From contig CBDCMT010000001.1 in NCBI GenBank assembly GCA_965219095.1, forward strand, positions 1,920,001-1,984,000: a stretch of 64,000 nt of DNA, in the 5' to 3' direction. The stretch comes from Bdellovibrionales bacterium. GTDB lineage: Bacteria > Bdellovibrionota > Bdellovibrionia > Bdellovibrionales > UBA1609. The stretch's first letter is position 1; each line of letters starts with the position of its first letter. The notes under the pieces are model-generated. The model was not told the DNA's origin, did not search any database, and saw only the letters and a list, made by a program, of their open reading frames with translations. Positions 40,010-51,536 of this stretch are shown here, piece after piece. The position numbers were made by a program, and so were the translations under genes.

Positions 40010-43000
40010 ATGTCAAAATATTGGTTAACTCTTGAAGAATGGAGACACGATGGTCAGTTAAAAAGTCTTGCTCAGGATGAATTTCTTTCAAATCCTTTAG
40101 ATGAGAGACAGCAAGGTTGGCAGAGACGTGAGTTTTTAAAACTTATGGGAGCAAGTATAGCTCTTTCGTCTTTAAGTTGTATTAGACGTCCTTCTGAAAC
40201 TATTATTCCTTACGTGAAACGTCCTGAAGAGGTGATCCCTGGTTTAAGTAACTATTACTGTTCCTCTTTTTCTGATGGCTTAGAGAGTTTTTCTCTTTTA
40301 GTGAAAACAAAAGAGGGAAGGCCTCTTAAAATAGAGGGGAATCCTGATAGTCCCCTCCATAAAGGATCTGTTTCAGCAAGAGCACAAGCTCATATACTCA
40401 GCCTTTACGATCCTGATCGTCTCAAAGGTCCTAGAAGAAACTTGTTCAATTCCTCTCGTAGTAATAAAGATACAATAAGAACTTCCTATGAGGAAGCTGA
40501 TGAAATGATAGTGAAAGCTTTGAAAGAAAAGAAAGTAGCCTTATTAACAGGAACAAACCTTTCGCCTTCTTTAAAATACTTAACAAAACAGTTTTGTAGA
40601 AAGAGGGATGTGAAGCACTTTCAGTGGGATACTTTTGATTATAGTGATGTCAAAAAATCTCAAGCTCTCTGTTATGGAGGAAGAAAAATACTTCCTCGTT
40701 ATCATATTGAAAAAGCTCGTATGATTGTTTCCGTGGGAGCTGACTTTTTAGGAACCTACTTAGCTCCTGTGGAGATGACAAGAAAATTCTCTTACACAAG
40801 AACACCTCATTCTTCTATGAGCCAACTTATTGTTTTTGAAAGCTTAATGTCTTTAACAGGAACAAACAGTGATGTTCGAAAGAGAGTTTCTCCTTCAGAT
40901 TATTTAACGGTTCTTATGAGATTGGCTTATGAACTTGTTGTGGTTGAGGGTTTAGGTGATGTTAAAGGTTATTTTAGAAAAGCTTTGGAGGCTTATAGCC
41001 AAAGGGATCTTGGCTTTTCTAAAGAGTTTTGGTCTCAAACAGCAAAAAATTTATGGAAACATCGTGGGCGAAGTCTTGTTTTGGCTTCTTTAGATGGGTC
41101 GTTCAAAGATGCTCTGTCCTTACAGATTATGGCGAATTTTTTAAATAGTCTTTTACAAAATGACGGATCCATTGTGGATTATGAAGACACCTACCGAGGA
41201 GCTTTAGGGGAGACTTCTCATTTGCTTGAATTAACGAAAGCCCTTGATGAGGGAAGTGTAGAAACCGTGATTATCTATGGGCTTAATCTTCTTTATAAAG
41301 CCCCTTATTTTAAGGAGGCTTTAAAAAAAGCAAAGCTTGTCATTTACCATGGAGATAGGATTGATGAAACAGGCCAGCTCTCTGATTATATTTTACCTCA
41401 CCCTCACTCTATGGAGTACTGGAGTGATGAAGAGTCTGTAAAAGAGTTGTTTCATATACAGCAACCCACTATAAGACCCCTTTATCAAACACGTCCATTC
41501 CAAGAATCTCTGCTTTCATGGGCTCAAAAAATTTCTTCTCAAAAGGGATTTCTTGCAAGTCGAGATCATTACAGTTTTTTGAGAAGTTATTGGCGTTGGG
41601 GGATTTATGAAAGGTATAAAAGTTTTATAAAAAAAGATTTTAATGATTTTTGGTATGATGTTTTACAGAAAGGTTTTTTTGATGCAAGAAAGCCTAAAAA
41701 GTTAGAGAAAAGAAAATTTAGAAATTATGTTTTAAAGCAAGTTTTAAAAGAACCCTCCTCTTATGAAGGTTATGAACTTGTTCTCTACCCTACGATAGGT
41801 TTGCGTGATGGAAGTTTAGCTAATGTTTCATGGCTTCAGGAATTTCCTGATCCTATTACAAAAATTTGCTGGGACAATTACCTTTGTCTTTCTCCCCAAG
41901 AAGCAAGGAAGAGACAACTTAGAGAGGGACAAGTCGTAGAACTTAAGTCTGGCTCTCATATTGTGAAAGTTCCCATACATATACAACCGGGGCAGGCTGA
42001 TGGTGTTTTAGGTCTGGCTTTAGGTTATGGCCGTGAATTTGCTGGTGAGTTAGCAAGTCATGTCGGAGTGAACGCTTTTGAGTTTATGAATTTAAACAAC
42101 TATAAAAAAGTTTTAAGTGCTTCTTTTAAAGTGACAGAAAAACATGTTCCTTTAGCTAATGTGCAAAGCCACCACTCTATGGAAGGTCGTCAGATTGTTG
42201 TAGAGAGTACACTAAAAGATTTTATGAAAAATCCTAAAAATGGTCGTCATGATCATAAAACCTTTAGCCTTTGGAAAGACCATGATTACAAAGGAAAAAA
42301 GTGGGCTATGGCTATTGATCTTAATACATGTACAGGTTGTTCAGCTTGTGTTGTGGCTTGTCAGTCAGAAAATAATGTGCCTGTTGTGGGTAAGAAATAT
42401 GTTTTAGAAGGTCGTGAAATGCACTGGCTTCGCATTGATCGTTATTATAAAGGATCTTCAGAGGACCCTGATACAGTATTTATGCCTATTCTGTGTCAAC
42501 ATTGTGATAAAGCTCCTTGTGAAACCGTATGTCCTGTGGCTGCAACCGTTCATAGTGACGAAGGAACAAATGATATGATCTATAACCGTTGTGTAGGAAC
42601 TCGTTATTGCTCTAACAATTGCCCTTATAAAGTCAGACGATTTAATTGGTTTAATTACTCAAAACAAAATCATAAAAGTCCTTTAAACAAACAATTGAAT
42701 CCTGAAGTGACTGTTCGTCACAGAGGGGTTATGGAAAAGTGTACTTTTTGTATTCATAGAATCAAAGAAAAAAAAGCTTTAGCTTCCCAAGAAGGTAGAG
42801 CTTTAAAAGATGGTGAAATACAAACAGCTTGTCAACAATCATGTCCCACTCAAGCGATTGTTTTTGGTGATATGAACGATCCTAAGAGCCGAGTTTCCCA
42901 GTTATTTAAAAAAGAAAGTAGCTATAGTCTTTTAGAGGAATTGAACACCCAGCCTTCTGTGAGGTTTCAAACAAAAGTTCGTCATGTCGATAAACTTAAA

Positions 43001-43027
43001 AGTAAAGATAGAAAGGAGCATCATTAA
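40010..43027 (+). CDS. actB: Alternative complex III molybdopterin-like/Fe-S subunit
   Basis: Tat RREFLK; CTGCSACVVAC, CQHCDKAPC, CVGTRYC, EKCTFC. Confidence 0.93.
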   Translation: MSKYWLTLEEWRHDGQLKSLAQDEFLSNPLDERQQGWQRREFLKLMGASIALSSLSCIRRPSETIIPYVKRPEEVIPGLSNYYCSSFSDGLESFSLLVKTKEGRPLKIEGNPDSPLHKGSVSARAQAHILSLYDPDRLKGPRRNLFNSSRSNKDTIRTSYEEADEMIVKALKEKKVALLTGTNLSPSLKYLTKQFCRKRDVKHFQWDTFDYSDVKKSQALCYGGRKILPRYHIEKARMIVSVGADFLGTYLAPVEMTRKFSYTRTPHSSMSQLIVFESLMSLTGTNSDVRKRVSPSDYLTVLMRLAYELVVVEGLGDVKGYFRKALEAYSQRDLGFSKEFWSQTAKNLWKHRGRSLVLASLDGSFKDALSLQIMANFLNSLLQNDGSIVDYEDTYRGALGETSHLLELTKALDEGSVETVIIYGLNLLYKAPYFKEALKKAKLVIYHGDRIDETGQLSDYILPHPHSMEYWSDEESVKELFHIQQPTIRPLYQTRPFQESLLSWAQKISSQKGFLASRDHYSFLRSYWRWGIYERYKSFIKKDFNDFWYDVLQKGFFDARKPKKLEKRKFRNYVLKQVLKEPSSYEGYELVLYPTIGLRDGSLANVSWLQEFPDPITKICWDNYLCLSPQEARKRQLREGQVVELKSGSHIVKVPIHIQPGQADGVLGLALGYGREFAGELASHVGVNAFEFMNLNNYKKVLSASFKVTEKHVPLANVQSHHSMEGRQIVVESTLKDFMKNPKNGRHDHKTFSLWKDHDYKGKKWAMAIDLNTCTGCSACVVACQSENNVPVVGKKYVLEGREMHWLRIDRYYKGSSEDPDTVFMPILCQHCDKAPCETVCPVAATVHSDEGTNDMIYNRCVGTRYCSNNCPYKVRRFNWFNYSKQNHKSPLNKQLNPEVTVRHRGVMEKCTFCIHRIKEKKALASQEGRALKDGEIQTACQQSCPTQAIVFGDMNDPKSRVSQLFKKESSYSLLEELNTQPSVRFQTKVRHVDKLKSKDRKEHH

Positions 43028-43030
43028 AGT

Positions 43031-44392
43031 ATGAAAAGAAAAGAGCTTATTTTAGGTCATAAATCTTTAAAAGATATTACAAATGATATTTGTGAATTAG
43101 CGGAAAGAACCCCTGGGCCTTCTTTTTTAGCAACTTTCTTATCAGCTAAGACTCTTCTTATCTTTTTTATTTGTGTTATGGGATTAATTGTAGCTAAGGG
43201 TATGGGACTTATGGGAGTTAATCATCCTGTAGGCTGGGGAACGGATATTGTTACTTTTGTTTTTTGGATTGGTATCGGTCATGCAGGAACTTTGATTTCA
43301 GCTATACTTTTTCTTTTTAGACAAAAATGGAGGACTTCTATTGCTAGAACAGCGGAAGCTATGACCGTTTTTGCTGTTATGACAGCAGGTTTGTTTCCTC
43401 TTTTACATACGGGAAGACCTTGGCTGGCTTACTGGTTGTTCCCTTATCCCAATCAGAGAGGTTCTTTATGGGTAAACTTTCGTTCTCCTCTTGTTTGGGA
43501 TGTGTTTGCTGTATCTACTTATGCTATTGTATCCATTGCGTTTTGGTACATTGGCATGGTCCCTGATCTAGCTTCCTTGAGAGATAGAGCTAAAAATAAA
43601 TTGAGAAAAACTTTCTATGGAGCTTTGTCTTTGGGCTGGCGTGGAACGGCTCGTGATTGGAATCATTATGAAATGGTGTATATGTTACTTGCAGCCTTAG
43701 CAACACCTCTGGTTTTATCTGTTCATAGTATTGTATCGTTTGATTTTGCTGTTTCTAATTTACCGGGCTGGCATACTACGATTTTTCCTCCTTATTTTGT
43801 GGCGGGAGCTATTTTCTCTGGTTTTGGTATGGTGGTGACCCTTATGGTAATTTTAAGAGAGGCTGTGCCTAAATTTAAAGACTACATTACCATAAATCAT
43901 ATGGAAAACATGAACAAAATCATTATGACAACAGGTCTTCTTGTGGGTTATGCTTATGCTTCTGAATTCTTTATGGCTTGGTATTCAGGATCTGCTTACG
44001 AAGGTTATACGTTTTTAAATAGGGCTTTCGGTCCTTACTGGTGGTCTTATTGGATTATGACAACTTGTAATGTATTCATTCCTCAAATCTTTTGGTTCAA
44101 GAAAATAAGACGTTCCATCCCTATTATGTTTATTGTTTCTATTTTTGTGAACATTGGTATGTGGTTTGAACGATTTGTAATCACAGTTACAAGTCTTCAT
44201 AGAGACTTTTTGCCTGCAAACTGGGGTCTGTTTAAGTTTACTTTTTTTGACATAGGAGCTGTTATAGGAAGTTTTGGTTTGTTTTTTACACTTTTTTTAA
44301 TTTTTACAAGGCTTTTACCTGCTATCTCAATTGCAGAAATTAAGCCAGTACGTCATGTAGGAAAAGAAAGGATCCTAAATGTCAAAAATTAA
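43031..44392 (+). CDS. actC: Alternative complex III NrfD-like quinol-binding subunit
   Basis: [37 protein letters not shown]. Confidence 0.95.
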   Translation: MKRKELILGHKSLKDITNDICELAERTPGPSFLATFLSAKTLLIFFICVMGLIVAKGMGLMGVNHPVGWGTDIVTFVFWIGIGHAGTLISAILFLFRQKWRTSIARTAEAMTVFAVMTAGLFPLLHTGRPWLAYWLFPYPNQRGSLWVNFRSPLVWDVFAVSTYAIVSIAFWYIGMVPDLASLRDRAKNKLRKTFYGALSLGWRGTARDWNHYEMVYMLLAALATPLVLSVHSIVSFDFAVSNLPGWHTTIFPPYFVAGAIFSGFGMVVTLMVILREAVPKFKDYITINHMENMNKIIMTTGLLVGYAYASEFFMAWYSGSAYEGYTFLNRAFGPYWWSYWIMTTCNVFIPQIFWFKKIRRSIPIMFIVSIFVNIGMWFERFVITVTSLHRDFLPANWGLFKFTFFDIGAVIGSFGLFFTLFLIFTRLLPAISIAEIKPVRHVGKERILNVKN

Positions 44393-44924
44393 AAATTACT
44401 TCTTTCCTCAAACAAGAAACATGATTTTTGGCCTATGGACTGATGAGTCTTTGTTTTTAAAAGCAAGTAAAAAGTTGGTTTCTTCTGGTTATAAAGATAT
44501 AGAAGCGATCACTCCTTATCCTGTTCATCATCTTGATCATACTTTAAAACTTAAACGTTCTTTTATTTCCTGGGTGAGTTTGTTTTTTGGTCTTTTAGGC
44601 TTTGGTTTTGGAACTTGGTTTACTTGGTGGACTTCTGCAATCAGTTGGCCTCTTAACATAGGAGGAAAACCTATGTGGTCTTTACCGGCCTTTATCCCTG
44701 TTATTTTTGAACTGACTATTTTGTTTGCAGCACTGAGTTCTGTGGGAGCTCTTATCTTGGCTTGTGGACTCCCTAGACTTAAACCTCATATTTTAGACCC
44801 TGATCTTAGCAGTCATAAATTTGCACTTATGATTTTTCAAGATGATCTTCAGTACGATAAAAAAACTTTAGAAACCCTTTTTAAAACAGAAGGTGCCATT
44901 GAGGTAAAAGAGGGTGTTTTTTAA
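44379..44924 (+). CDS. actD: Alternative complex III subunit D (DUF3341)
   Basis: [21 protein letters not shown]. Confidence 0.9.
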   Translation: MSKIKNYFFPQTRNMIFGLWTDESLFLKASKKLVSSGYKDIEAITPYPVHHLDHTLKLKRSFISWVSLFFGLLGFGFGTWFTWWTSAISWPLNIGGKPMWSLPAFIPVIFELTILFAALSSVGALILACGLPRLKPHILDPDLSSHKFALMIFQDDLQYDKKTLETLFKTEGAIEVKEGVF

Positions 44925-45455
44925 ATGCGATTTTTAAGAACTTTTATTTTTTCAATATCCTTGTTTTTATTGGCTTGTGGGGCAGGAAACAATAAAACAA
45001 ACGTGGAATTAATACAAGATATGATGAATCAGAAAAGTATAAAATCACAAGAGGAAATGCTTTATCCTCCTGAAAACACGATTCCGAGAGGTTACAAGTC
45101 TTATCCATATAAAATAGCTGAAGCGGATAAGGCGGAAAGAGAGTTGAAAAATCCTATTTATAACGTAAGGCTAGCAGATGTTCTATTACGAGGGAAAAAG
45201 AACTATGATTTCTATTGTTCTGTTTGTCACGGTTCTCGCGGAAAAGGAGAAAGTCTTGTAGGAGATCAGATGATTATAAAACCACCCTCTTTACTTTCAA
45301 AAAAAGTAAGAAAATTTAAAGATGGTCGCATCTTTCATATTATAACAAAGGGACAAGGCCTTATGGGTTCCTACATACAACAAATTCCAAAAAAAGCAGA
45401 TCGTTGGTCTGTAGTGAATTATGTTCGTAATTTACAAAGGTTTGAAAAGGAATAG
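44925..45455 (+). CDS. actE: Alternative complex III monoheme lipoprotein
   Basis: Lipobox LLAC; CSVCH; DGRIFH, RWSVVNY. Confidence 0.9.
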   Translation: MRFLRTFIFSISLFLLACGAGNNKTNVELIQDMMNQKSIKSQEEMLYPPENTIPRGYKSYPYKIAEADKAERELKNPIYNVRLADVLLRGKKNYDFYCSVCHGSRGKGESLVGDQMIIKPPSLLSKKVRKFKDGRIFHIITKGQGLMGSYIQQIPKKADRWSVVNYVRNLQRFEKE

Positions 45456-45458
45456 AGT

Positions 45459-46643
45459 ATGGCTGTAAAACCTCCCAAATTTTTTGAATTAGATATAAAT
45501 TTACAGAAAATATATGCTAGTTTTATGTTCTTAGGTCTTATAGCTTTTGTTGTGACAGTTATACATGATCCTATAAGAGCTTGGAGTAGTTATTTAGTGT
45601 CTTTGTTTTACTTTATTTCTTTGGCTCTGGGAGGTGTTTTCTTTACATCATTGCAACACTTGACAAAAGCAAGCTGGAGTGTGGGACTCCGAAGAGTACC
45701 TGAGAGTTGTATTAACTTTTTAAAACCCAGCTTTTTGTTGACAATTGTTTTTTTGATCTTAGGGTCTTATTATCTTTATGAATGGATGCATGTAGATATC
45801 GTAAAAAAAGACTATCTCTTACAGCATAAACAGAGTTATTTGAATGTTCCTTTCTTTTTTACAAGAGTCATCATCTCTTTTGTATTATGGCTTTTGTTAG
45901 GCTATAAAATGCTTTCAAACTCTTTAAAACAAGACGAAACAGGGGATGTTCAATTGACGAAAAAGAATGTTATCTTGTCTGTTCTTTTTATTTTAATTTT
46001 TACGATCACTTTTTCTATTTTTAGTATTGATATGCTTATGTCATTAGAGCCTCATTGGTTTAGCACAATTATAGGGGTTTACACTTTTGCAGGACTCTTT
46101 CAATCGTCTTTAGCAGCTTTTATTTTAATTTTACTGTACTTGATGAAGAAGGGTTATTTAGATCAAATTGTCACTGTAAACCATCTTCATGATTTAGGGA
46201 AATTTCTCTTTGGTTTTACTGTGTTCTGGGCTTATATAGCTTTTAGCCAGTTTATGTTGATTTGGTATGCTAACATTCCTGAGACATCGTTTTATTACTT
46301 AACAAGAACAACAGGATCTTGGGTTTGGGTTTCTTTGTTTCTTATACTTTTCAAATTTGTTATTCCTTTCTTTGCACTTCTACCTCGCTGGGCTAAAAGA
46401 ACACCTTCTTATTTAGGGGGAGTTTGTATTCTCATTCTTTTTACTCAGTATGTAGACATTTATTGGCTTGTGTACCCTAGCTTCTACGATCATCTTGTCT
46501 TTGGTTTATCTGAAGTGATTATCTTTTTAGGCTTCTTAGGAGTCTTTTTATGGTCTATACTTACTTTTTTTCAAAAACAAAGCCTTATTCCCTTAAAGGA
46601 TCCCAGGCTCAAAGAAAGCATATCTCACGAGGTCAATTACTAA
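45459..46643 (+). CDS. actF: Alternative complex III membrane subunit F
   Basis: MSLEPHWFST, HDLGK, WAYIAFSQFMLIWYAN. Confidence 0.92.
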   Translation: MAVKPPKFFELDINLQKIYASFMFLGLIAFVVTVIHDPIRAWSSYLVSLFYFISLALGGVFFTSLQHLTKASWSVGLRRVPESCINFLKPSFLLTIVFLILGSYYLYEWMHVDIVKKDYLLQHKQSYLNVPFFFTRVIISFVLWLLLGYKMLSNSLKQDETGDVQLTKKNVILSVLFILIFTITFSIFSIDMLMSLEPHWFSTIIGVYTFAGLFQSSLAAFILILLYLMKKGYLDQIVTVNHLHDLGKFLFGFTVFWAYIAFSQFMLIWYANIPETSFYYLTRTTGSWVWVSLFLILFKFVIPFFALLPRWAKRTPSYLGGVCILILFTQYVDIYWLVYPSFYDHLVFGLSEVIIFLGFLGVFLWSILTFFQKQSLIPLKDPRLKESISHEVNY

Positions 46644-46772
46644 GAAAATCCTAACGTCAAGGGAGATCCAGTGCGACTATTTTATTATCATACGCCTCTA
46701 TCAAGAAAGATTTTAAGACCTTCATAGCAAAACATTTCATTAGATCATTACACAACAATGATTTAAAAAAAA

Positions 46773-47000
46773 GCCTCCTCAAAAGAATCTGTGGGTTTCC
46801 GGAGGTTCTGGCAGTTTTCCAATGCTGTGATATAAGGCTCTTTTTTAGAGCTTTAGAGGTTTTAAAACCGTAAGATTTTCTCATAGTGAGGTTTACTTTG
46901 TTGTTTAAACCCTCTACTCTCCCTAAAGAGAAGGCTTTTTTAGCCTTGAAGTAATTAAGAATAAGTGGCTTATTTTTTCGTATTGTTTTTGCTTCTCTTT
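46773..47000 (-). repeat. Diverged ISL3 3' fragment with IRR
   Basis: Reverse complement of about 34793-35019. Confidence 0.9.
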
Positions 47001-47025
47001 CTGTTTTTAGAGGAGACAAATTTTC

Positions 47026-48129
47026 GGTTTTGTTGCATGCTGAGCCTTTGAGCTTAACTAAGGTCTAGCGATTCATTGATAAACACAAGAGCTTTCCTGT
47101 AACCTAAGACCCTTAGAAATACAAAACAAGGATGGTTTGGAGGTTTTATGAGAAACTGTTCTAAAAAGATCGATTGGAAAAAATATAATAAAGAACTCGT
47201 TAAGCGTGGTTTTATTACTTTTTTGTTTTCTGATCAGGTATTAAAAGGGTGGTGTGTACAAGCTAAAGGTGTCAAAGGTTTCCAACAGATTTACTCTGAT
47301 GTAGCTATTGAGACATTAGTTGTTATACGTGAGCGTTTTGCAGGTTTTCTTCGTGCTACTCAAGGATTAGCACAGAGCATTATTTTATGGGAATTGACCT
47401 TCCCATACTTGATTACAGTACTGTATGTCGTCGTTTAAAGGACTGCTCTATAGAACTAGGGAAGATTAAATCAAAAGAGAACATGTAGTTGTGATTGATT
47501 CTACAGGCGTAAAAATTTATGGAGATGGAGAGTGGAGAGCAAAGAAGCATGGTCCTTCAAAAAGAAGAACTTGGAAAAAGCTTTATCTATGTGTTGATGA
47601 AAAAAATGGCCAGATTGTAGCATCTACTCTAACGGACAATTCTCTTGGTGATTCGGAAATTTTTGGAGATTTATTGGGAGGTCTTGAAGATCATATTTTC
47701 AAAGTCAGAGTAGTCCAGAGCTTATGATACTAAGAGTTGTTGGGATCATTAGTGAAAGAAAATATTCAAGCTGTAATTCCTCCAAGGAAAGGAGCCAGGA
47801 TAAACCAACAGGGAAATAACAAATCTTCACTAAAACAAAGAGATAAAGCGATCCGATCTATACGTAAAAAAGGTAAAGAAGTTAGAAAAAAAGAAAATAA
47901 TTACGCCTCGTCGTTCTATTGCTGAAACGACTATGTATCGATTCAACAACTTCTTAGGATCAAAACTTAATTCAAGAAATTTTATGAATCAAGCTCATGA
48001 AGCCTTCATAAAATGCAAGATTCTCAATCAAATGAAAACTCCTTCAGCTATCAGACTCCAAGTTCAATAGAAATGATGTCGCCTCAAGTGGAAACAACTT
48101 GATCTAAAACGCTTATGTACAACAAAGCC
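47026..48129 (+). mobile_element. IS5-family (IS903-like) element, pseudogenised
   Basis: GGTTTTGTTG / CAACAAAGCC-like ends; WKKYNKELVKRG, YSDVAI, IDSTGVK.YGDGEW, IPPRKGA fragments; extra left end at 50300. Confidence 0.88.
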
Positions 48130-48301
48130 TCTTCCTAAAATAAAATCCCACTAATTTAAGCTCCCGTCTATAACTTTTTCTGTTTTTTGAGACCAACGAG
48201 AGTGAGGGACTTTTGGATTAACGTTGACATAAAAACCATACTTTTTAGGGGCCATTTGTTGCCATAAACCCAAGTCTTTTATGAGTAAATTCTTTTTTTT
48301 C

Positions 48302-48349
48302 GCCTCCTCAAAAGAACCTCCGAGAACCTACAAATTCTTTTGATGAGGC
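48302..48349 (+). mobile_element. 48-bp ISL3 mini-element, diverged
   Basis: Four substitutions relative to 12035-12082. Confidence 0.85.
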
Positions 48350-48361
48350 AAAAATTTTTTG

Positions 48362-50182
48362 TTAAAAAAGAAGATGACAAGAAAGGACTTTTGAATTTTG
48401 AACTTGCTTACTCATTTTGCTTTCAAAAAGAGAATCTCTGACAAGTTTAGACTTCTCTCTTCTTCTTATCGCATTGTGAAAAAATTTTTTCCAATTAGGA
48501 TATTCTTTATTTAACTTTTTTATAATAGCTTTATTGATAATATGCTTTTCCAACAAAGTTTGAAGTAATTTTCCATTTTGAACTCTGATCAAGAGATGAA
48601 TAAGAGCATATTCAAAATGCTTAAGAGAAACGTCCAGTTTGAACCATTCTTGAACAACAGTTTCCCATGCATAGCTTTTTTTCTTAATTGAATCTAAAAT
48701 AATCTCTTTATAAACATACTCTACATCTTTATTACTGACTTTACCGCTCAACCATTTACGGTTTATTGTTCTGCTTAACCTTTCTATTAAGGCTTTTTCT
48801 GGATTCCAACTCCAGTCTTTGTCATCTCTAATCAAAAACTCGAAAAAATCTATGAAACTTTTGTTAAAGATTTCAGGAATCACTTTCAATGCAGCTTTGT
48901 TGAAAAATATAACACTACTATTATAAAGATTGTTGTCCATTAATGTGAAGTCAATCCCCTCTCTTGCTTCAGGATGTACATGAAAACGGACCGTAAAATC
49001 AGTTCCCCGTATCCCTTCCTTTCCTCTCAATGTGTAAAAGCCTTTTTCATAATCTCCTGTAATATTGTTTCTAGAAACAAAAACATTAGGCCTTCCTGTA
49101 AAAGATCTTATGATCATTTCATAAATTGTAAAGTTACTGATGCCATAAGAAGCTGTAGTAAAATCGATACTGTGAGAGACTATCTTTAGCCCCAGTTCAT
49201 TAGCGTTTTTACTTGCTCCTTCTTCTATTTTCTTAGTTTTTAAAGGTTCTTTATTAAACCACCAAGCAAGACTTCCCCTTTTCTTTTTATTGCTTTCCAT
49301 ACTTATCAGCTTTTCTCTTAAACCTAATTCATCAAGTATTTTCCAAGATTTCTCCAAATCAATATTTTTCGTAAATAATTTTCTTACATTCATTTCCCAC
49401 CAAAACTTCTCATAGCTTGTTTTTAATTCTGAAGCTGAAAACTCTCTTATAATTTCTTTAATTCCCTCTAAGTCCTCTTTTTTAGGAGCTAGTTTATACT
49501 GAAACATTTTAATCAAATAACGAATAACTGAAAACATTTCAGGATTTACACTCTCCCCATGATTTTTTGAAAAATAATAGCTTATTTCTCCTTTGAGAAT
49601 ATCTTTTAAAAAAAAGAGATCTTCAGAACCCCATTCTCTTATACTTCTAATTATAGGCTCTTCAGACTTTGTCAGCTCTACCATTATCGCAGAATAAGAA
49701 TCAGTATACTGCTTTATACCTTTCTTTCTAATGTTTTTTAAAGCTCTTACTTTCCAAATACTTTCATTGCTGTTTTGTTGAAAGTAAGGAAACTTTTTAG
49801 AGAGTGCTTTTTTCATTATGCGAGCCTTTTTATCTGACCCATCTATGACTATAACTATATGTTGATCAAAGCGATAGATGTTCATGTAATCGTAATCAAA
49901 GCGTTCTTCTTGAAATTCAAACCATCTGTCTTCCCTCTTTGTTTTTCGCTCTAGATCTTTTTTCACATAGTACACTAAACCAGAAGCTGCGTCCTCAAAA
50001 AGCCAGGCCCTCACTTTCATTTTTTTAGCTAATTTCGTGATGTATTGAATTTCTGAATTTTGAATGAAAGCTTCTTTAATAGCTTGAGTAAACTTATCTA
50101 AGCTTATAGGAGCTTCTGAAAAAGTTTTCTGTGAGAAAAATACAGAGAAACTTAAAGTAAAAAAAAAAGTTTTAAAGTTCAT
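48362..50182 (-). CDS. Secreted hypothetical protein, 606 aa
   Basis: Signal peptide; ends SCHLLF; possible degenerate nucleotidyltransferase and ART-like regions (see findings). Confidence 0.75.
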   Translation of the reverse strand: MNFKTFFFTLSFSVFFSQKTFSEAPISLDKFTQAIKEAFIQNSEIQYITKLAKKMKVRAWLFEDAASGLVYYVKKDLERKTKREDRWFEFQEERFDYDYMNIYRFDQHIVIVIDGSDKKARIMKKALSKKFPYFQQNSNESIWKVRALKNIRKKGIKQYTDSYSAIMVELTKSEEPIIRSIREWGSEDLFFLKDILKGEISYYFSKNHGESVNPEMFSVIRYLIKMFQYKLAPKKEDLEGIKEIIREFSASELKTSYEKFWWEMNVRKLFTKNIDLEKSWKILDELGLREKLISMESNKKKRGSLAWWFNKEPLKTKKIEEGASKNANELGLKIVSHSIDFTTASYGISNFTIYEMIIRSFTGRPNVFVSRNNITGDYEKGFYTLRGKEGIRGTDFTVRFHVHPEAREGIDFTLMDNNLYNSSVIFFNKAALKVIPEIFNKSFIDFFEFLIRDDKDWSWNPEKALIERLSRTINRKWLSGKVSNKDVEYVYKEIILDSIKKKSYAWETVVQEWFKLDVSLKHFEYALIHLLIRVQNGKLLQTLLEKHIINKAIIKKLNKEYPNWKKFFHNAIRRREKSKLVRDSLFESKMSKQVQNSKVLSCHLLF

Positions 50183-50388
50183 AAAATCATATCCCTTAAA
50201 TCATGTTATCATGCACCCCTTTATAAATAAATAAAAAAAATTTAATTATATCTTTTACTATATTTTTACAGGCCTTTTGTAAACTTTATAGACTGCCTTG
50301 GCTTTGTTGTATGCTGAGCCTTTTTGAGTTGAACCTCCAAAAGAGGAAAGGGATGGGATGCTTACCCTTTATACACTTCTATGAAATA

Positions 50389-51000
50389 ATGGAATGGAAA
50401 AAAATTAAAGCAGTTCTCATTGATCATTTATTAAAAAAAAGTCGTAGTGTAATATGTGTAGAAGTTCCTTTCTTAGGAGGGAAAAGGTGGGCAGATATTG
50501 TAGAACTCAAAGAAAACTCATTGATAGCTTATGAGATAAAAAGCGAACTTGATTCTTTTACTAAGCTAAAAGAACAACTATATGATTACGTAAATACATT
50601 TAATGAAGTTTATGTAATTCTATCGAAAAAATTTATTGGTAAGCATAAAGATTTACCTAAAAGTGTTGGTTATTTTTGGGTTGATCCTAATGAAGGAATA
50701 ACTTATATTGAAGAGAAATCCTAAAAGAAAAATTCTTCTCTCCAAAGAAAAAAGTCTAAGCTATTTTCTTTGGAGAGAAGATATGCCACGAGAACTAAAA
50801 AATAGCAAACTTTCCATGGGACTGATAAGAAATAAAGTTATGCAAACAAGCACTAATAAAGATATTCATAGTTTGGCAATAAAGGCATTAAAAAAACGTT
50901 ATAAAGGTATAGATTTGAATTGTTTTTAAGAGAAAAAAGTCAGAAAACTCACTTCTCAGAAATAAGTGTTCTTATAAAGAAAGAGATAAGTATTGGTTAA
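50389..51000 (+). pseudogene. sce7726-like PD-(D/E)xK protein, frameshifted
   Basis: RWADIV...AYEIKSELDSFTKLKEQL..Y...F..VYV; split at about 50710. Confidence 0.7.
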
Positions 51001-51050
51001 GCTTTTTAAGCCTAAAATATTGACGTGTCATTGTAAATTTGCCCGAACAG

Positions 51051-51228
51051 CTATCCAGTGAGAGGGGCTTTTTCCTCTTCAAGAGAAAGCTTGGAATGTT
51101 TGATGCTGTTCTCATAATCATTTATTATTAAAAGGCTTATTCCACCTTCTTTATACTTCTGAAGCCATCGGTTAATAGAACTGGGATCAAGAAAAAATAG
51201 CTCCCATATCTTACGCTGACTATAACCA
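51051..51228 (-). pseudogene. IS630 HTH fragment
   Basis: SSINRWLQKYKEGGISLL, similar to the N-terminus of 17059-18075. Confidence 0.6.
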
Positions 51229-51272
51229 TGATCTTCCCCCAAAAAAGTGGACAGTTTTTTGGGGGAAGATCA
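51229..51272. mobile_element. 44-bp collapsed IS3-family element
   Basis: TGATCTTCCCCCAAAAAA-GTGGACAG-TTTTTTGGGGGAAGATCA; TG...CA tips resemble the IS3 end at 59116. Confidence 0.75.
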
Positions 51273-51536
51273 GATTACCCTAAACAATGCTTCCATAATC
51301 AGCATTTTGAAGGTCAATAAAAGCTTAGGTTGATATTTTCTTTTGCTGTATCTAAAATTTAAAAAGAATCTGGTAACTTTCTTAGTGAAGCAAGATGCAT
51401 TGAATTTAATTAACAACAAACCCAAAATATCTTGACTAAAGAACACCTTATGAGGTTATGATGAAAAAATAGTTTTTACTGGGTTGTTACAGTTAGGGTG
51501 GCTTAAGTCGGCTTTTTTGTAATTTCAGGACAAGGT

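Noticed and set aside
39457..46643. Alternative complex III operon as a novel system
   Set aside because: Well-known actA-F arrangement; only the lack of adjacent oxidase genes is mildly notable
46657..47019. ORFs at 46657-47019, 19309-19500, 9132-9476 and 2688-2954 as genes
   Set aside because: Chimeric read-throughs of IS ends and fragments
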